The notes: generated by a model not told the origin, from the sequence alone. A stretch of DNA of 55,943 bases from an uncultured Candidatus Saccharibacteria bacterium (GCA_964536135.1 CAZHVM010000003.1:1-55943); one strand, 5' to 3'; shown: positions 27,703 to 37,738, numbered from the stretch's first letter. A program made the numbers and translations.

Positions 27703-30621
27703 ATGATCAAATTCCTTGAGGGTCTTTTTGACTCAAACGAAAAACAACTTAAAAAGATTCAACCATTAGTAGAGAAGATCAACGGATACGAGGATGAAAT
27801 GTCTAAACTCTCTGAAGATGAACTAAGAGCTAAAACAGAGGAATTTCGCAAAAAGATATTTGTAGATTTAGATACCTGTAGAACAGATTTCATAACCCAA
27901 AAAGAATCCATCCTCAAAGAAGAATTAGACAAAGAGAAAAGAAGACTCTACGAAATACTCCCTGAAGCATTTGCAGTAGTAAGAGAAGCTTCCAAAAGAG
28001 TAGCAAACCACAGACATTTTGACGTTCAACTTACCGCAGGTTATGTACTCTTTGACAACAAAGTTGCTGAACTCTTCACAGGAGAGGGAAAAACTCTTGC
28101 AGCAAATCTTCCCTTGTATCTCTACGGTATAACCGGAAGAGGTGCACACCTAGTTACAGTAAACGACTACCTTGCAAGAAGAGATGCAGAATGGACTGGT
28201 CATATACTTAACGCACTTGGAATGAGTGTGGGAGCAATTAACTCTGGTAAACAGTACAGATTCATAACAGACGAAGAAGCACTTAAACTGAAAGGAGACG
28301 ACGCAAAGAAATTAATAAAAGAACGAGATGAAAAAGTAAAAGCTTCTGGAAGATTGAAATACGACCATATGAGTGGAGTAAACCTTTTGGAATGCTCTAA
28401 GCAAGAAGCATACGGTTGTGATGTTGTTTACGGTACAAACAATGAATTTGGTTTTGACTATCTAAGAGACAACATGGCTAGAACAAAAGAAGAGAGAGTC
28501 CAGGGACCAAAATATTTTGTAATTGTAGACGAAGCAGACTCCATCCTCATAGATGAAGCTAGAACACCCTTAATCATTTCTACCAGTGCTCAAACTGCAA
28601 ACGATCTTTACAAAAGATTCGCTTCTCTTGCTAGCTCACTTCAAAAAGAAAAACATTATGCTGTAGATGAGAAAGCCCATGCAGTATCTCTTACAGATGA
28701 TGGTATAGATGCAGTAGAGAAAGCACTTGGAGTTAAAAATATCTACGAAGATGCACAGCTTACATACCATTTAGATAATGCACTTAAAGCAAAAGAACTT
28801 TATCAACTAGATGATGAATACATGATTAGAAATGGTGAAATCCTCATAGTCGATGAATTTACAGGAAGAGCCATGGAAGGAAGAAGATACAGTGAAGGAC
28901 TCCACCAGGCCATAGAAGCAAAAGAGGGTGTAGAAGTTAAGAGAGAATCCAGAACCATGGCGACCATTACACTTCAAAATTTCTTCAGACTTTACAAATA
29001 TCTCTCAGGAATGACAGGAACTGCACTTACTGAGGCAGAAGAATTCTCTTCCATCTACAAGCTAGATACAATCGTTGTACCTCCAAACAAACCAATCATT
29101 AGAGAAGATTACAACGATGTTGTTTACAGAAGCCAAGAAGGGAAATTCAAGGCCATAGTTGAAGATATTAAAGAGCATCATGCAAAGGGACAACCAATAC
29201 TTGTAGGTACAACATCTGTAGAAAAGTCAGAAATGCTCTCAAGCATGCTTTCTAAAGAAGGAATTAAACACAATGTCCTTAATGCAAAACAACATGAAAG
29301 AGAAGCAATTGTAGTTGCAGAAGCTGGACAAAAAGATTCTGTAACCATAGCTACAAATATGGCAGGAAGAGGTACAGACATTGCACTGGGAGATGGTGTA
29401 AAAGAAGTAGGAGGCCTGTATGTAATCGGTTCTGAAAGGCATGAATCTAGAAGAATAGATAACCAGCTAAGAGGAAGATCTGGAAGACAGGGAGACCCGG
29501 GTGAATCTAGATTCTTTGTATCTTTTGAAGATGAACTAATGAGACTCTTTGGTGGAGACAGGATGCAACTAATGATGACCCAAGTGGGCATGGATGATGA
29601 TATGCCAATTTCCATTGGAATACTTGGTAAAACCATAGAGAATGCACAGAAGAAAGTAGAATCACGTAACTATGACATCCGAAAAAATCTTGTACAGTAC
29701 GACGATGTTCTTAACCAGCAAAGAGAAATAATATATACCTTACGAAGAAAGATCCTAGATATTGAACTAAAAACAGATTTCAATGTTACAGACAAAACCC
29801 TTAAAGAAGATTTAGATATTGTTCTAAATGCAGATATTGAAGGAATGCAAGATGCTCTAGATTCTCTAGCACTAAACAGAGAAGATACATGGGAGATAGA
29901 GATACTAGATAACCTAACCTTCATTCTTTCTCCTCTTGAGAAATGGATTCTTAAGAAAGAATTTGAATATGTAGATTTCCTGCAAGCATCCCAACTTGAA
30001 GATGATATGAAGATATCAAATGTTGAGGAGAAGAAGATATACCAGCAAGTTATGAACCTTCTAACCGATGAAACATTTGAATCTGCAGTGAAGAAAATGG
30101 GTTTCAAAACATCCGTAGAGATGTTTAAAGACTTAGAAAAGAAAACGAATGTAGAACAGGCAGTACAACTAAAAAAGCTCATCCTTGTCTCCTTTATTCT
30201 TCATATCTATGCCATAGGAGTAGAACCAATGAAAGCACTGTCCAGATTACTCCTTTTAGAAGCATTCGATAGATTTTGGATGGAACATTTGGATACTATG
30301 ACCGACCTTAGGGAGGGTATATCTTTGCGTAACCTTGCTCAAAGAGATCCTCTTGTAGAGTACAAAAACGAGGGCTTTAGAATGTTCGATGACATGCTCA
30401 AGAAAGTAGATGAATCGATAGTAACAAGGTTTTTTAAGGTCAGATTAGTAAAAAGAGAAGAACAGGTACCTGTTAAAGTTAATACAGATGAAGACAAAAG
30501 ACCAGGCAATGTAGGAAAACAAAAAACTATTAAAAAGAACAAGAAAGTTGGTCGTAACGACCTCTGTCCTTGTGGTAGTGGGAAAAAATACAAGAAATGT
30601 TGCTTCCCTAAATATGACTAA
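27703..30621 (+). CDS. secA: preprotein translocase ATPase SecA
   Basis: Motifs AELFTGEGKTL, VDEADSILIDEARTPLIIS, NMAGRGTDI and GRSGRQGDPG, plus a C-terminal zinc motif CPCGSGKKYKKCC. Confidence 0.97.
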   Translation: MIKFLEGLFDSNEKQLKKIQPLVEKINGYEDEMSKLSEDELRAKTEEFRKKIFVDLDTCRTDFITQKESILKEELDKEKRRLYEILPEAFAVVREASKRVANHRHFDVQLTAGYVLFDNKVAELFTGEGKTLAANLPLYLYGITGRGAHLVTVNDYLARRDAEWTGHILNALGMSVGAINSGKQYRFITDEEALKLKGDDAKKLIKERDEKVKASGRLKYDHMSGVNLLECSKQEAYGCDVVYGTNNEFGFDYLRDNMARTKEERVQGPKYFVIVDEADSILIDEARTPLIISTSAQTANDLYKRFASLASSLQKEKHYAVDEKAHAVSLTDDGIDAVEKALGVKNIYEDAQLTYHLDNALKAKELYQLDDEYMIRNGEILIVDEFTGRAMEGRRYSEGLHQAIEAKEGVEVKRESRTMATITLQNFFRLYKYLSGMTGTALTEAEEFSSIYKLDTIVVPPNKPIIREDYNDVVYRSQEGKFKAIVEDIKEHHAKGQPILVGTTSVEKSEMLSSMLSKEGIKHNVLNAKQHEREAIVVAEAGQKDSVTIATNMAGRGTDIALGDGVKEVGGLYVIGSERHESRRIDNQLRGRSGRQGDPGESRFFVSFEDELMRLFGGDRMQLMMTQVGMDDDMPISIGILGKTIENAQKKVESRNYDIRKNLVQYDDVLNQQREIIYTLRRKILDIELKTDFNVTDKTLKEDLDIVLNADIEGMQDALDSLALNREDTWEIEILDNLTFILSPLEKWILKKEFEYVDFLQASQLEDDMKISNVEEKKIYQQVMNLLTDETFESAVKKMGFKTSVEMFKDLEKKTNVEQAVQLKKLILVSFILHIYAIGVEPMKALSRLLLLEAFDRFWMEHLDTMTDLREGISLRNLAQRDPLVEYKNEGFRMFDDMLKKVDESIVTRFFKVRLVKREEQVPVKVNTDEDKRPGNVGKQKTIKKNKKVGRNDLCPCGSGKKYKKCCFPKYD

Positions 30622-30642
30622 AATAGTATCTCTATGGGTTTA

Positions 30643-30670
30643 TTGACACTTTTAGGCTAAACAATATACT
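30643..30670 (+). promoter_or_regulatory. candidate sigma70-like promoter
   Basis: TTGACA (30643-30648), 16 nt spacer, TATACT (30665-30670), about 30 nt upstream of the ATG at 30701. Confidence 0.35.
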
Positions 30671-30700
30671 ATTCAATAGTACCAATTTATTATTATACCA

Positions 30701-31210
30701 ATGGCAAACCCTACAAAGAAGAAAAACGATGAGCTAATTCCACAAAGAAAGAGTGTACATGTCGTTTTCTTTTCATGCGCAGATTGTGGGGAAGAGGTAG
30801 ATGAAATCAAGATATGTCCAGAGTGTGGAAAGCCAATGAAGGTTATTAATGTGGTAGAGAAATTCGGAGAAGATGCAGAGAGATATCTTGAAAAGGCTGT
30901 ACCACTAAAGAAAAATGGTAATGAAGAGGAAGAAGAGGAGTATGTATCCATAGACAAAGAAGAACCCAATATCATCCTCATGGGTGGAGATGAAGATATT
31001 GCCAGTGATGGAGGTATAGATCCAAGCAAAGATGATGGTGAAGGCCTAGATGTTATATTCCCAGATGATGATCATGATGATTCTGTTCCTAAACCAGAAG
31101 TTCCTGTAGATGAAGAACTCTCAAAAGCACTTGAGCAGTTAGACTCTGAAGAAGAAGATGTTTCTGCGGAAGATTTTGGATTTGATGGAGAGGATATTCC
31201 CGAGCTATAA
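30701..31210 (+). CDS. small zinc-ribbon protein with a long acidic, probably disordered tail
   Basis: CADCGEEVDEIKICPECGKPM (CxxC-x11-CxxC) followed by about 110 residues rich in D/E. Confidence 0.6.
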   Translation: MANPTKKKNDELIPQRKSVHVVFFSCADCGEEVDEIKICPECGKPMKVINVVEKFGEDAERYLEKAVPLKKNGNEEEEEEYVSIDKEEPNIILMGGDEDIASDGGIDPSKDDGEGLDVIFPDDDHDDSVPKPEVPVDEELSKALEQLDSEEEDVSAEDFGFDGEDIPEL

Positions 31211-31216
31211 TGGCTC

Positions 31217-32404
31217 ATGTATAAACTAGAAAAACTTTTTCCTAAGGTAGCAATTGTAGCAGATCAGATGACTTCGTATGGTGGGGCAGATTCAGAACTT
31301 CTTTCAATGTTAAAAATTCTTCCTCATGCAGATATATTCACCGTACTCTTTGACAAGAAGAAATATCCTCAGATTAAAAACAGAGTGTACACGAGTTTCG
31401 TTCAAAAGATATCTAGATTTTTTCCGAAAGGATTTTCAAGACATCTTAAGATATTTACACCCCTAGCATACGAGAGTTTTAACTTTGATGGATATGATCT
31501 TGTAATCAGTATATCTGCAGGCCCTGCAAAAGGAGTAATTACTGGAATATACCAACCTCACGTAGCGATGGTTATGACCCCTCCAAGAAGCCTTTGGGAT
31601 AATGAACTCAATGTGAGAGGATCGAAGCTTAAATGGCTTTACAAGCCTCTTTCGAGGGTGTTAAACACTCGTCTTAGGATATGGGATTGGAGTATATCTA
31701 GAAGAGTAGATTACTGGAGTGCAAATTCCAAATATGTTGCTCAAAAAATACAAAAAATATATCGTAAGGAAGCCACAGTAATATATCCTGGAATAATCAA
31801 AAAGAATTACAAGAAAGTAGATGTAAAAAAGCTCTACAATCTTCCTAAGAAATTTGCTCTTGTTGTATCCAGACTCTACGACTACAAAAGAATAGATTGG
31901 GCAATCAATGCATGCAAGAAAACAGACATAAACCTTATCATAATTGGAGAGGGGCCAGATCTGGGATATCTTACAAGAATAGCTAAGAAAGACAAAAGGA
32001 TTACTTTCTTAGGTTTTGTTTCAGATCCTGATAGAGATTCTTTCTTTAAAGAAGCAGAAGTGTTGCTTTTCTGTGGAGTAGAGGATTTTGGATTAGTGCC
32101 AGTAGAGGCAATGTCACAAGGGACTCCAGTTTTAGCATTTAGAGAAGGTGGAGTATTAGAAACAGTAAAAGGGGGAGTAACGGGAGAATTTTTCAGAGAT
32201 GAAGAAGAATTATCTAATTTACTTAAGGATTTTGACAAAAGAAGATATAATGAACAAAAGATAATTTCTCAAGCAGAGAAATTTACTGAAGCGAAGTTCT
32301 TAAATAATCTTGAAAAATTCTTAATAAATGTCTCCAAGGAAGAAAAAAAGAAATATCCCGGAAGAAAGTCTCAGGGTAGCAGTTGTAGCAGAACCACTTT
32401 TTAA
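31217..32404 (+). CDS. GT4-family glycosyltransferase (tandem paralogue 1)
   Basis: Motif EDFGLVPVEAMSQGTPVLAFREGGVLETV. Confidence 0.85.
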   Translation: MYKLEKLFPKVAIVADQMTSYGGADSELLSMLKILPHADIFTVLFDKKKYPQIKNRVYTSFVQKISRFFPKGFSRHLKIFTPLAYESFNFDGYDLVISISAGPAKGVITGIYQPHVAMVMTPPRSLWDNELNVRGSKLKWLYKPLSRVLNTRLRIWDWSISRRVDYWSANSKYVAQKIQKIYRKEATVIYPGIIKKNYKKVDVKKLYNLPKKFALVVSRLYDYKRIDWAINACKKTDINLIIIGEGPDLGYLTRIAKKDKRITFLGFVSDPDRDSFFKEAEVLLFCGVEDFGLVPVEAMSQGTPVLAFREGGVLETVKGGVTGEFFRDEEELSNLLKDFDKRRYNEQKIISQAEKFTEAKFLNNLEKFLINVSKEEKKKYPGRKSQGSSCSRTTF

Positions 32405-33503
32405 ACATGGAGGTGCAGAGGTGCATCTAAGATATATCATAAAAGCATTCCCAAACTGTGAAGTGTATACAGCCTACTATGACAAGAAATTTGTTAAAGA
32501 ATTTTTTGGAGATATTAAAATACATCACTCATTCATGCAGTATCTGCCAAAGAAATTTCAATTTAGACAGCTTTATCTTCTCTTCCACCCATGGGCCTAC
32601 AGGAGTTTCAAGCTAAAAGGATACGAAGCGATAGTCTCCCTCTCCATAGCATTTGCTAAATTTGCTCATGCCAAAGGTGTAAAACACATAGATCTTTGTA
32701 TGACACCTCCTAAATTCTTCTGGGAGAAAGAAGGTAGAAGTATTAAGAGTGAGAGTCAATATACAGGTATAAATAAATCTCTTTTCAAATTCTACAGCTT
32801 CTTCATGGATACCTTCTTAGAAAGACTCTGGCAAAGATGGGATAAACAAGCTGCTACCAAATGTGACAAGATTGTTGCCAATTCTAAAGTGGTACAGAAG
32901 AGAATTAAGAAATATTATGGATTAGAATCGGATGTAATATACCCTCCAGTAGAAGTAAAAATGATACAGTCTTTCAAAAAGATGAACAGAAAAGAGAATT
33001 GGTTCCTGTATATGGGTAGAGTTGAAACATACAAAGGAGTAGATCTAGCAATTAAAGCATGTGCTATGGCAGACGTCCCTCTCAAAATTGGTGGAACAGG
33101 AGACCATCTAGAACAGATGCAGGAGTTAGTTAAGAACATGAACAAGAAAGGATTAATTAAATTCCTGGGATACATCTCAGATGAAGAAAAGATTAATCTT
33201 CTTTCCAGGTGTAGAGCCTTAATATTCCCTGTTCGTAATGAAGATTTCGGAATAATCCCTGTAGAAGCAAACGCAGCAGGTACACCAGTCATTGCATACA
33301 GAGAGGGTGGTGTTCTGGAAACAATATCTGAGAATAATCCAAAGACTGGAATATTCTTTGAAAAGTATGATGCAGAAACTCTGGCAGAAGTAATTAAAAA
33401 ATTTAAAGATTCATCATACGATCCAGATAATTGTAGAAAACAGGCAGATAATTTCGCTGCAGAAATCTTTATGTACAAACTAAGAAACTATGTTAAAGAG
33501 TAG
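32328..33503 (+). CDS. GT4-family glycosyltransferase (tandem paralogue 2)
   Basis: Motif EDFGIIPVEANAAGTPVIAYREGGVLETI. Its start overlaps the previous gene by 77 nt, and the N-terminus LRVAVVAEPLFKHGGAE parallels KVAIVADQMTSYGGAD of paralogue 1. Confidence 0.85.
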   Translation: MSPRKKKRNIPEESLRVAVVAEPLFKHGGAEVHLRYIIKAFPNCEVYTAYYDKKFVKEFFGDIKIHHSFMQYLPKKFQFRQLYLLFHPWAYRSFKLKGYEAIVSLSIAFAKFAHAKGVKHIDLCMTPPKFFWEKEGRSIKSESQYTGINKSLFKFYSFFMDTFLERLWQRWDKQAATKCDKIVANSKVVQKRIKKYYGLESDVIYPPVEVKMIQSFKKMNRKENWFLYMGRVETYKGVDLAIKACAMADVPLKIGGTGDHLEQMQELVKNMNKKGLIKFLGYISDEEKINLLSRCRALIFPVRNEDFGIIPVEANAAGTPVIAYREGGVLETISENNPKTGIFFEKYDAETLAEVIKKFKDSSYDPDNCRKQADNFAAEIFMYKLRNYVKE

Positions 33504-34134
33504 TATAAAAAGAATCCTCGACATACTGTTTTCGGCTGTTGTATTAATTGCTTTACTCCCATTCTTACTCATTTGTTCACTTACTATATTTCTAACCGAC
33601 AGAAAAGAGATATTTGTTAAAGAGCCACTTCGTCTTGGTAAGAAAGGTGAATTTAAAATGTATAAATTTAGAACCATGATTCCTAATGCACACAATGAAA
33701 TGGTGAAAAATCCAAAGTACAAAGAATTAAAAAAGAAATGGCAAGGTAATGATGGAAAATTGAAACTCTTGGAGGACCCAAGAATAACTAAGTTTGGGAA
33801 AATACTGAGAAAAACAGATATAGATGAATTACCACAGTTTCTGAATGTCCTCAAAGGAGAGATGTCTGTAGTAGGGCCAAGACCGATGTATCAAGAAGAG
33901 GTAGATAGATATATCAGGAAGAATCCAAAAGGGGAGAAATATATAAAACAAATACTGAAAGTTTCCCCAGGTATTACTGGAATATGGCAGGTATCTGGTA
34001 GAAACGATATTTCTTTTGAAAAAAGAATTCTTCTAGATTTTAAATATTCAAAGGAGATTAACCTTGTAAGAGATTTAAAGATATTAGTTAAAACACCCTA
34101 TGTTGTTTTAACTAGAAAAGGAGCATATGAATAG
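33490..34134 (+). CDS. small monotopic phosphoglycosyltransferase (bacterial sugar transferase, PglC/WbaP C-terminal type), priming enzyme
   Basis: One N-terminal helix (ILDILFSAVVLIALLPFLLI), then KFRTM and DELPQFLNVLKGEMSVVGPRP. Confidence 0.9.
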   Translation: MLKSSIKRILDILFSAVVLIALLPFLLICSLTIFLTDRKEIFVKEPLRLGKKGEFKMYKFRTMIPNAHNEMVKNPKYKELKKKWQGNDGKLKLLEDPRITKFGKILRKTDIDELPQFLNVLKGEMSVVGPRPMYQEEVDRYIRKNPKGEKYIKQILKVSPGITGIWQVSGRNDISFEKRILLDFKYSKEINLVRDLKILVKTPYVVLTRKGAYE

Positions 34135-34735
34135 AGATACTGTTACAGTCATAAAATCAATTAATTACTCTGAAGCAGATAAAATTCTTACTGTATTTGG
34201 AAGGGGGTTTGGGAAATTCTCTCTGTTTGCCAAAGGAATTAGAAAGATAAACAGTAAGAATAGAGGAAATATGCAAACACTTTGTACTAGTGACATAGCT
34301 TTCTATCAAGGAAAAGGGATGCCTGTTCTTACAGAATCCGTTCTAATTCGAAGTTTAGATATGGATAAACTTCAGGTTAAAAATATTGAAAGAGTTCTCT
34401 TCATCTTAAACAAATTCCTCCAAGAGTATGATCCGTACCCAAGTATTTTTGACGGATTACAATCTTTGCTTAAACGAGATGGAGATTTGGAAGCTACAAA
34501 CAAACTAAGAATTAAGATACTCAAAGATATGGGATTTCTCTCAGATTTCTCTTCTTGTTCACTTTGTGGGAGTAAAGATGATCTTAAATATTTAGATACT
34601 ACAAGTTTTGCTCTGGTATGCAAAAACTGTTACAGTAAAGGTAACGGAAAACCTTTAGGAGAAAAGCCGTATTCATCTAAAATACTTACCGATTCTCTAG
34701 ATCGGTATGTAAGGAGAATAGTTGAGGAAATATAA
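34127..34735 (+). CDS. recO: DNA repair protein RecO
   Basis: An OB-fold N-terminus typical of RecO (VIKSINYSEADKILTVFGRGFGKFSLFAKGIRK) and a C-terminal Cys4 (CSLCGS...CKNC). Confidence 0.85.
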   Translation: MNRDTVTVIKSINYSEADKILTVFGRGFGKFSLFAKGIRKINSKNRGNMQTLCTSDIAFYQGKGMPVLTESVLIRSLDMDKLQVKNIERVLFILNKFLQEYDPYPSIFDGLQSLLKRDGDLEATNKLRIKILKDMGFLSDFSSCSLCGSKDDLKYLDTTSFALVCKNCYSKGNGKPLGEKPYSSKILTDSLDRYVRRIVEEI

Positions 34736-36861
34736 TGAATATAAAAACTGCCTTAAAATTTTTGCTTACTTTTTTTTGTCTTTTTGTACCCTTTGGTTTT
34801 GTCAATGCAACAGATCTTCCAGAGCAGGATTTTGGTGTAAATGTAAATGCAAATATTAATGTGGATCTGTATTCTCAGTTAAGCATAAGTCCCATATCTG
34901 TAGAGATAAAAGAGAGCTCTCAGGTATCTTTGGATATTGTAGATAGTCTGAATAATCCAAAAGCAAACAGACAGATACAAATATACATTAACGGCTCATC
35001 TCTTGGAGTAACAATCACTCAACCATCACTTACAGATTTACTTGGTCATACCGTTGGTTATGTTAAATCCTCAATAGCAGGATCTTACGAAGTATGTGCA
35101 AGAGATGTAACAGAGTCTTTGGACATTGAAATACTAGATTGTGAGGTATTGTATGTGACACCAGTTCCAGTTCCAACAGTATTTGCAGAACCGCCATACA
35201 ATATTGGGACTAAAAACACGATTCTGTGGAGTACTGCTGGGAGTGGAATATATACATACTTTGCACAGGTTAGTACTAAAGCAGACTTTTCAACAATATA
35301 TGATGACAGTGGTTGGATAGGGGCAATGGGTTATGAATTTGAAAATTTAAAAAATGGCCAGATATATTTCTACAGAGTAAAAGCAAAGAACTCTTTCGGA
35401 GGAGAGAGTGCTTGGTCTAATTCGGTTTTTTCAGTACAAGATTCTCAAAAGCCAGAGATTGTACTTCTCAGTGTTAGTAGTCTTGGAGACAATACTATGG
35501 AAGATTGGGATCCAAATGATGAAATAATAATTCGCATGAGAGTTAAGGATAACATTACAGTAGCTAGTAAGAACTTTTGGTGTGTTTTAAATAATGATTC
35601 TCCAGATGACTGTAAGGATAGTGAGAGTACAGTTGGAGATATTTGGGAAGTAAGAATTAAATTGGGAGATTTAGAGCAAGATAACCATGGATATTTACTG
35701 GAAGAATATACCTTTTGTGCAGAAGCAGTAGATTCTGTCGGTAATGTAAGAAGAATTTGTAATATTAATCTTTACCTTTTACATACGGAGGGACCAATTC
35801 CTCCTAAGAAAACCCCAATTGACAAGGTTGTAGATAAAGCAAAAGAGATAATAGATGATACTATTGGAAAGATAGAGGTTGAGGATTTAGAGGATATTAC
35901 AGTTACAACGGTTGCTACAAATATTACAATTGGTATTGGTATATTAATTGGTAGTTTCAATTCTATCCCATACTTCATAGTCCAACTTGTTCTTGGCTTA
36001 CTTAGTATTCTTGGATTTAGAAAAAAGGGTCATCCAATTGGATATGTGTATGATTCTGTTACAAAGGAACCAGTATCTCAAGCCATAGTAAGAGTCTTTG
36101 ACAGGAATGGTATATTGGTATGGACGGATGTAACAGATGGTAATGGGTATTTCAGAGGTACGAATTTAAACAAGGGGACATATTCCATAAAGGTAACTGC
36201 AAGGGATTACACTTTTCCATCTAAGATAGTATTTGGTAAAGAGGATTTTCCTTTGGAGAATGTATACCATGGTAAAGAGTTCTCTGTTCGTGATGAGGAG
36301 ATTCCAAATTTCTCCATCCCTATGGATAGGGTAGAGTATGGTGCATTTAGAATATTCTTTGAGAAGATAATTTCGCAGAGTAAGTTTGTATGGAAGAGTT
36401 TGCATGTAATTTTATTTGTTGTTGGTTTACTGTTCTCTTTGTATGCTTTGTATATATCTCAAATATGGTTTAACTATTTAATTGTCGGTATATATATCCC
36501 TGCTCTTGTTTTGTTAGTATTTTCTTTGTTTGGGAAGAAGGGAAAGTACGGAATTGTAAGAAATACAAAGAAGAAGAGATTACAGGGTATAATAGTTGGT
36601 CTTAAGGAAAAAGAATTTGGTAAGTTAGTATCTAAGAGAGTAACAGATCATTTAGGAAGGTATAGGTTTGTGGTAAACAAAGGGGAGTATTCGATAGAGA
36701 TATTAAATAGTGGTATTGCGATAAGTAATTATACTGGATTAGATAGTATTGTAGTGAAAGATAATACCGTTATTGCCAAGGATATTGTTGTAAAAAAGAT
36801 TGTAGAGAATGGCGAGAGGGAGGAAGTAGAAGAGGTGCTAGAACCACTTTCTGAGTTGTAA
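34735..36861 (+). CDS. large exported/membrane protein with Ig/FN3-like and carboxypeptidase-regulatory-like domains
   Basis: A signal peptide (LLTFFCLFVPFGFVNA), internal TM segments, and a CarboxypepD_reg-like motif (GYVYDSVTKEPVSQAIVRVFDRNGILVWTDVTDGNGYF). The start overlaps the recO stop (TAATG). Confidence 0.6.
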   Translation: MNIKTALKFLLTFFCLFVPFGFVNATDLPEQDFGVNVNANINVDLYSQLSISPISVEIKESSQVSLDIVDSLNNPKANRQIQIYINGSSLGVTITQPSLTDLLGHTVGYVKSSIAGSYEVCARDVTESLDIEILDCEVLYVTPVPVPTVFAEPPYNIGTKNTILWSTAGSGIYTYFAQVSTKADFSTIYDDSGWIGAMGYEFENLKNGQIYFYRVKAKNSFGGESAWSNSVFSVQDSQKPEIVLLSVSSLGDNTMEDWDPNDEIIIRMRVKDNITVASKNFWCVLNNDSPDDCKDSESTVGDIWEVRIKLGDLEQDNHGYLLEEYTFCAEAVDSVGNVRRICNINLYLLHTEGPIPPKKTPIDKVVDKAKEIIDDTIGKIEVEDLEDITVTTVATNITIGIGILIGSFNSIPYFIVQLVLGLLSILGFRKKGHPIGYVYDSVTKEPVSQAIVRVFDRNGILVWTDVTDGNGYFRGTNLNKGTYSIKVTARDYTFPSKIVFGKEDFPLENVYHGKEFSVRDEEIPNFSIPMDRVEYGAFRIFFEKIISQSKFVWKSLHVILFVVGLLFSLYALYISQIWFNYLIVGIYIPALVLLVFSLFGKKGKYGIVRNTKKKRLQGIIVGLKEKEFGKLVSKRVTDHLGRYRFVVNKGEYSIEILNSGIAISNYTGLDSIVVKDNTVIAKDIVVKKIVENGEREEVEEVLEPLSEL

Positions 36862-36865
36862 TATA

Positions 36866-36894
36866 TTGAGAAATGGTTAATATAGTGGTATTAT
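36866..36894 (+). promoter_or_regulatory. candidate promoter for tRNA-Lys
   Basis: TTGAGA (36866-36871), 17 nt spacer, TATTAT (36889-36894), 16 nt before the mature tRNA 5' end. Confidence 0.35.
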
Positions 36895-36910
36895 TCTTCA
36901 GTCCTTTTTA

Positions 36911-36983
36911 GGGCGTATAGCTCAATTGGTAGAGCAAGCGGCTCTTAACCGCTAGGTTCAGGGTTCGAGCCCCTGTACGCTCA
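36911..36983 (+). tRNA. tRNA-Lys (anticodon CTT)
   Basis: Cloverleaf folded by hand: acceptor GGGCGTA/TACGCTC, D arm GCTC-AATTGGTA-GAGC, anticodon arm AGCGG-CTCTTAA-CCGCT, variable loop AGGTT, T arm CAGGG-TTCGAGC-CCCTG, discriminator A. No CCA is encoded. Confidence 0.93.
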
Positions 36984-37042
36984 TTTTCTTTAATGAAATC
37001 AATTTCACTAGATTATGTAGATATTTGTTGGTATATTCTGTT

Positions 37043-37738
37043 ATGAATGACCTACACAAAATACAAATGCTCATACTCAGAGAACTACTCTTCAGCCCAG
37101 ATTCCAGATTCTCAGATTTAAATATCCAAGGTTTAAGCAATGACCATTTCTCCTACCATATAAAAACCTTAATCCAAGGCGGATACGTTGAAAAAAACAA
37201 TTCTAAATATTCCCTAACAAACAAAGGAAAAGAATTTGCAAATACAATGGATACAGACAATATAGAAATTGAAAAACAGCCTAAAATTGCTGTCATTATC
37301 GTGGCAACAAAGAATATAAACGGAGAGAAGCATCTCCTTGTGCAAGAAAGAACAAAGGAACCATACTTCGGATATTATGGTTTTGTAACTGGTAAAATTC
37401 GCTTCGGGGAGAAAGTTTCTGAAACAGCTAAAAGAGAATTGAGAGAAGAATCTGGATTAGAAGGAGGAGAGCTAATAATTAAAAGGATAGTCCATGACCA
37501 TGTAGTTCTAGAAGAAAGTGGTAACTTAGTTGAAGACAAAATGTTTTATGTAATACTGATCAAAAATCCAAAAGGTGAATTAATGGATACAAGAAATGGA
37601 AAAAACAAGTGGATTACGGTAGAAAGATTTAAGAAATTAAAAAAGAAATATTACAATGAGGATAATATATACAAAATTTCTCAATCAAAAGGAGAGATGG
37701 AATTTACAGAAAAGACATATATGATAAAGGAATTCTAA
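37043..37738 (+). CDS. winged-helix DNA-binding domain fused to a Nudix hydrolase domain
   Basis: An N-terminal wHTH-like segment (IQMLILRELLF...FSYHIKTLIQGGYVEK) and a Nudix box (GKIRFGEKVSETAKRELREESGL). The ATG at 37043 is preferred over the TTG at 37025. Confidence 0.8.
   Translation: MNDLHKIQMLILRELLFSPDSRFSDLNIQGLSNDHFSYHIKTLIQGGYVEKNNSKYSLTNKGKEFANTMDTDNIEIEKQPKIAVIIVATKNINGEKHLLVQERTKEPYFGYYGFVTGKIRFGEKVSETAKRELREESGLEGGELIIKRIVHDHVVLEESGNLVEDKMFYVILIKNPKGELMDTRNGKNKWITVERFKKLKKKYYNEDNIYKISQSKGEMEFTEKTYMIKEF

Noticed and set aside
29178-30182. Long antisense ORFs inside secA (152 aa and 170 aa on the minus strand). Similar ones occur inside other long genes, for example 45212-45661 and 46142-46534 opposite the S8 protease, 30673-31029 opposite the acidic zinc-ribbon gene, and 32915-33478 and 33480-33854 opposite the GT4 and phosphoglycosyltransferase genes.
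   Set aside because: Their translations are low-complexity Ser/Leu/Phe-rich strings with no motifs. They lie fully opposite genes with unmistakable conserved motifs. They are best explained by codon bias on the sense strand suppressing stops on the antisense strand.
32343-32349. A7 homopolymer in the 77-nt overlap of the two tandem GT4 genes, as a possible phase-variation switch. Similar A8/T8 runs occur at 5163-5170 and 5346-5353 in the first GT-C gene.
   Set aside because: Runs of 7-8 A/T are expected frequently in a genome this AT-rich and are shorter than typical contingency-locus tracts. A one-base slip would not produce a sensible fusion of the two GT4 frames.
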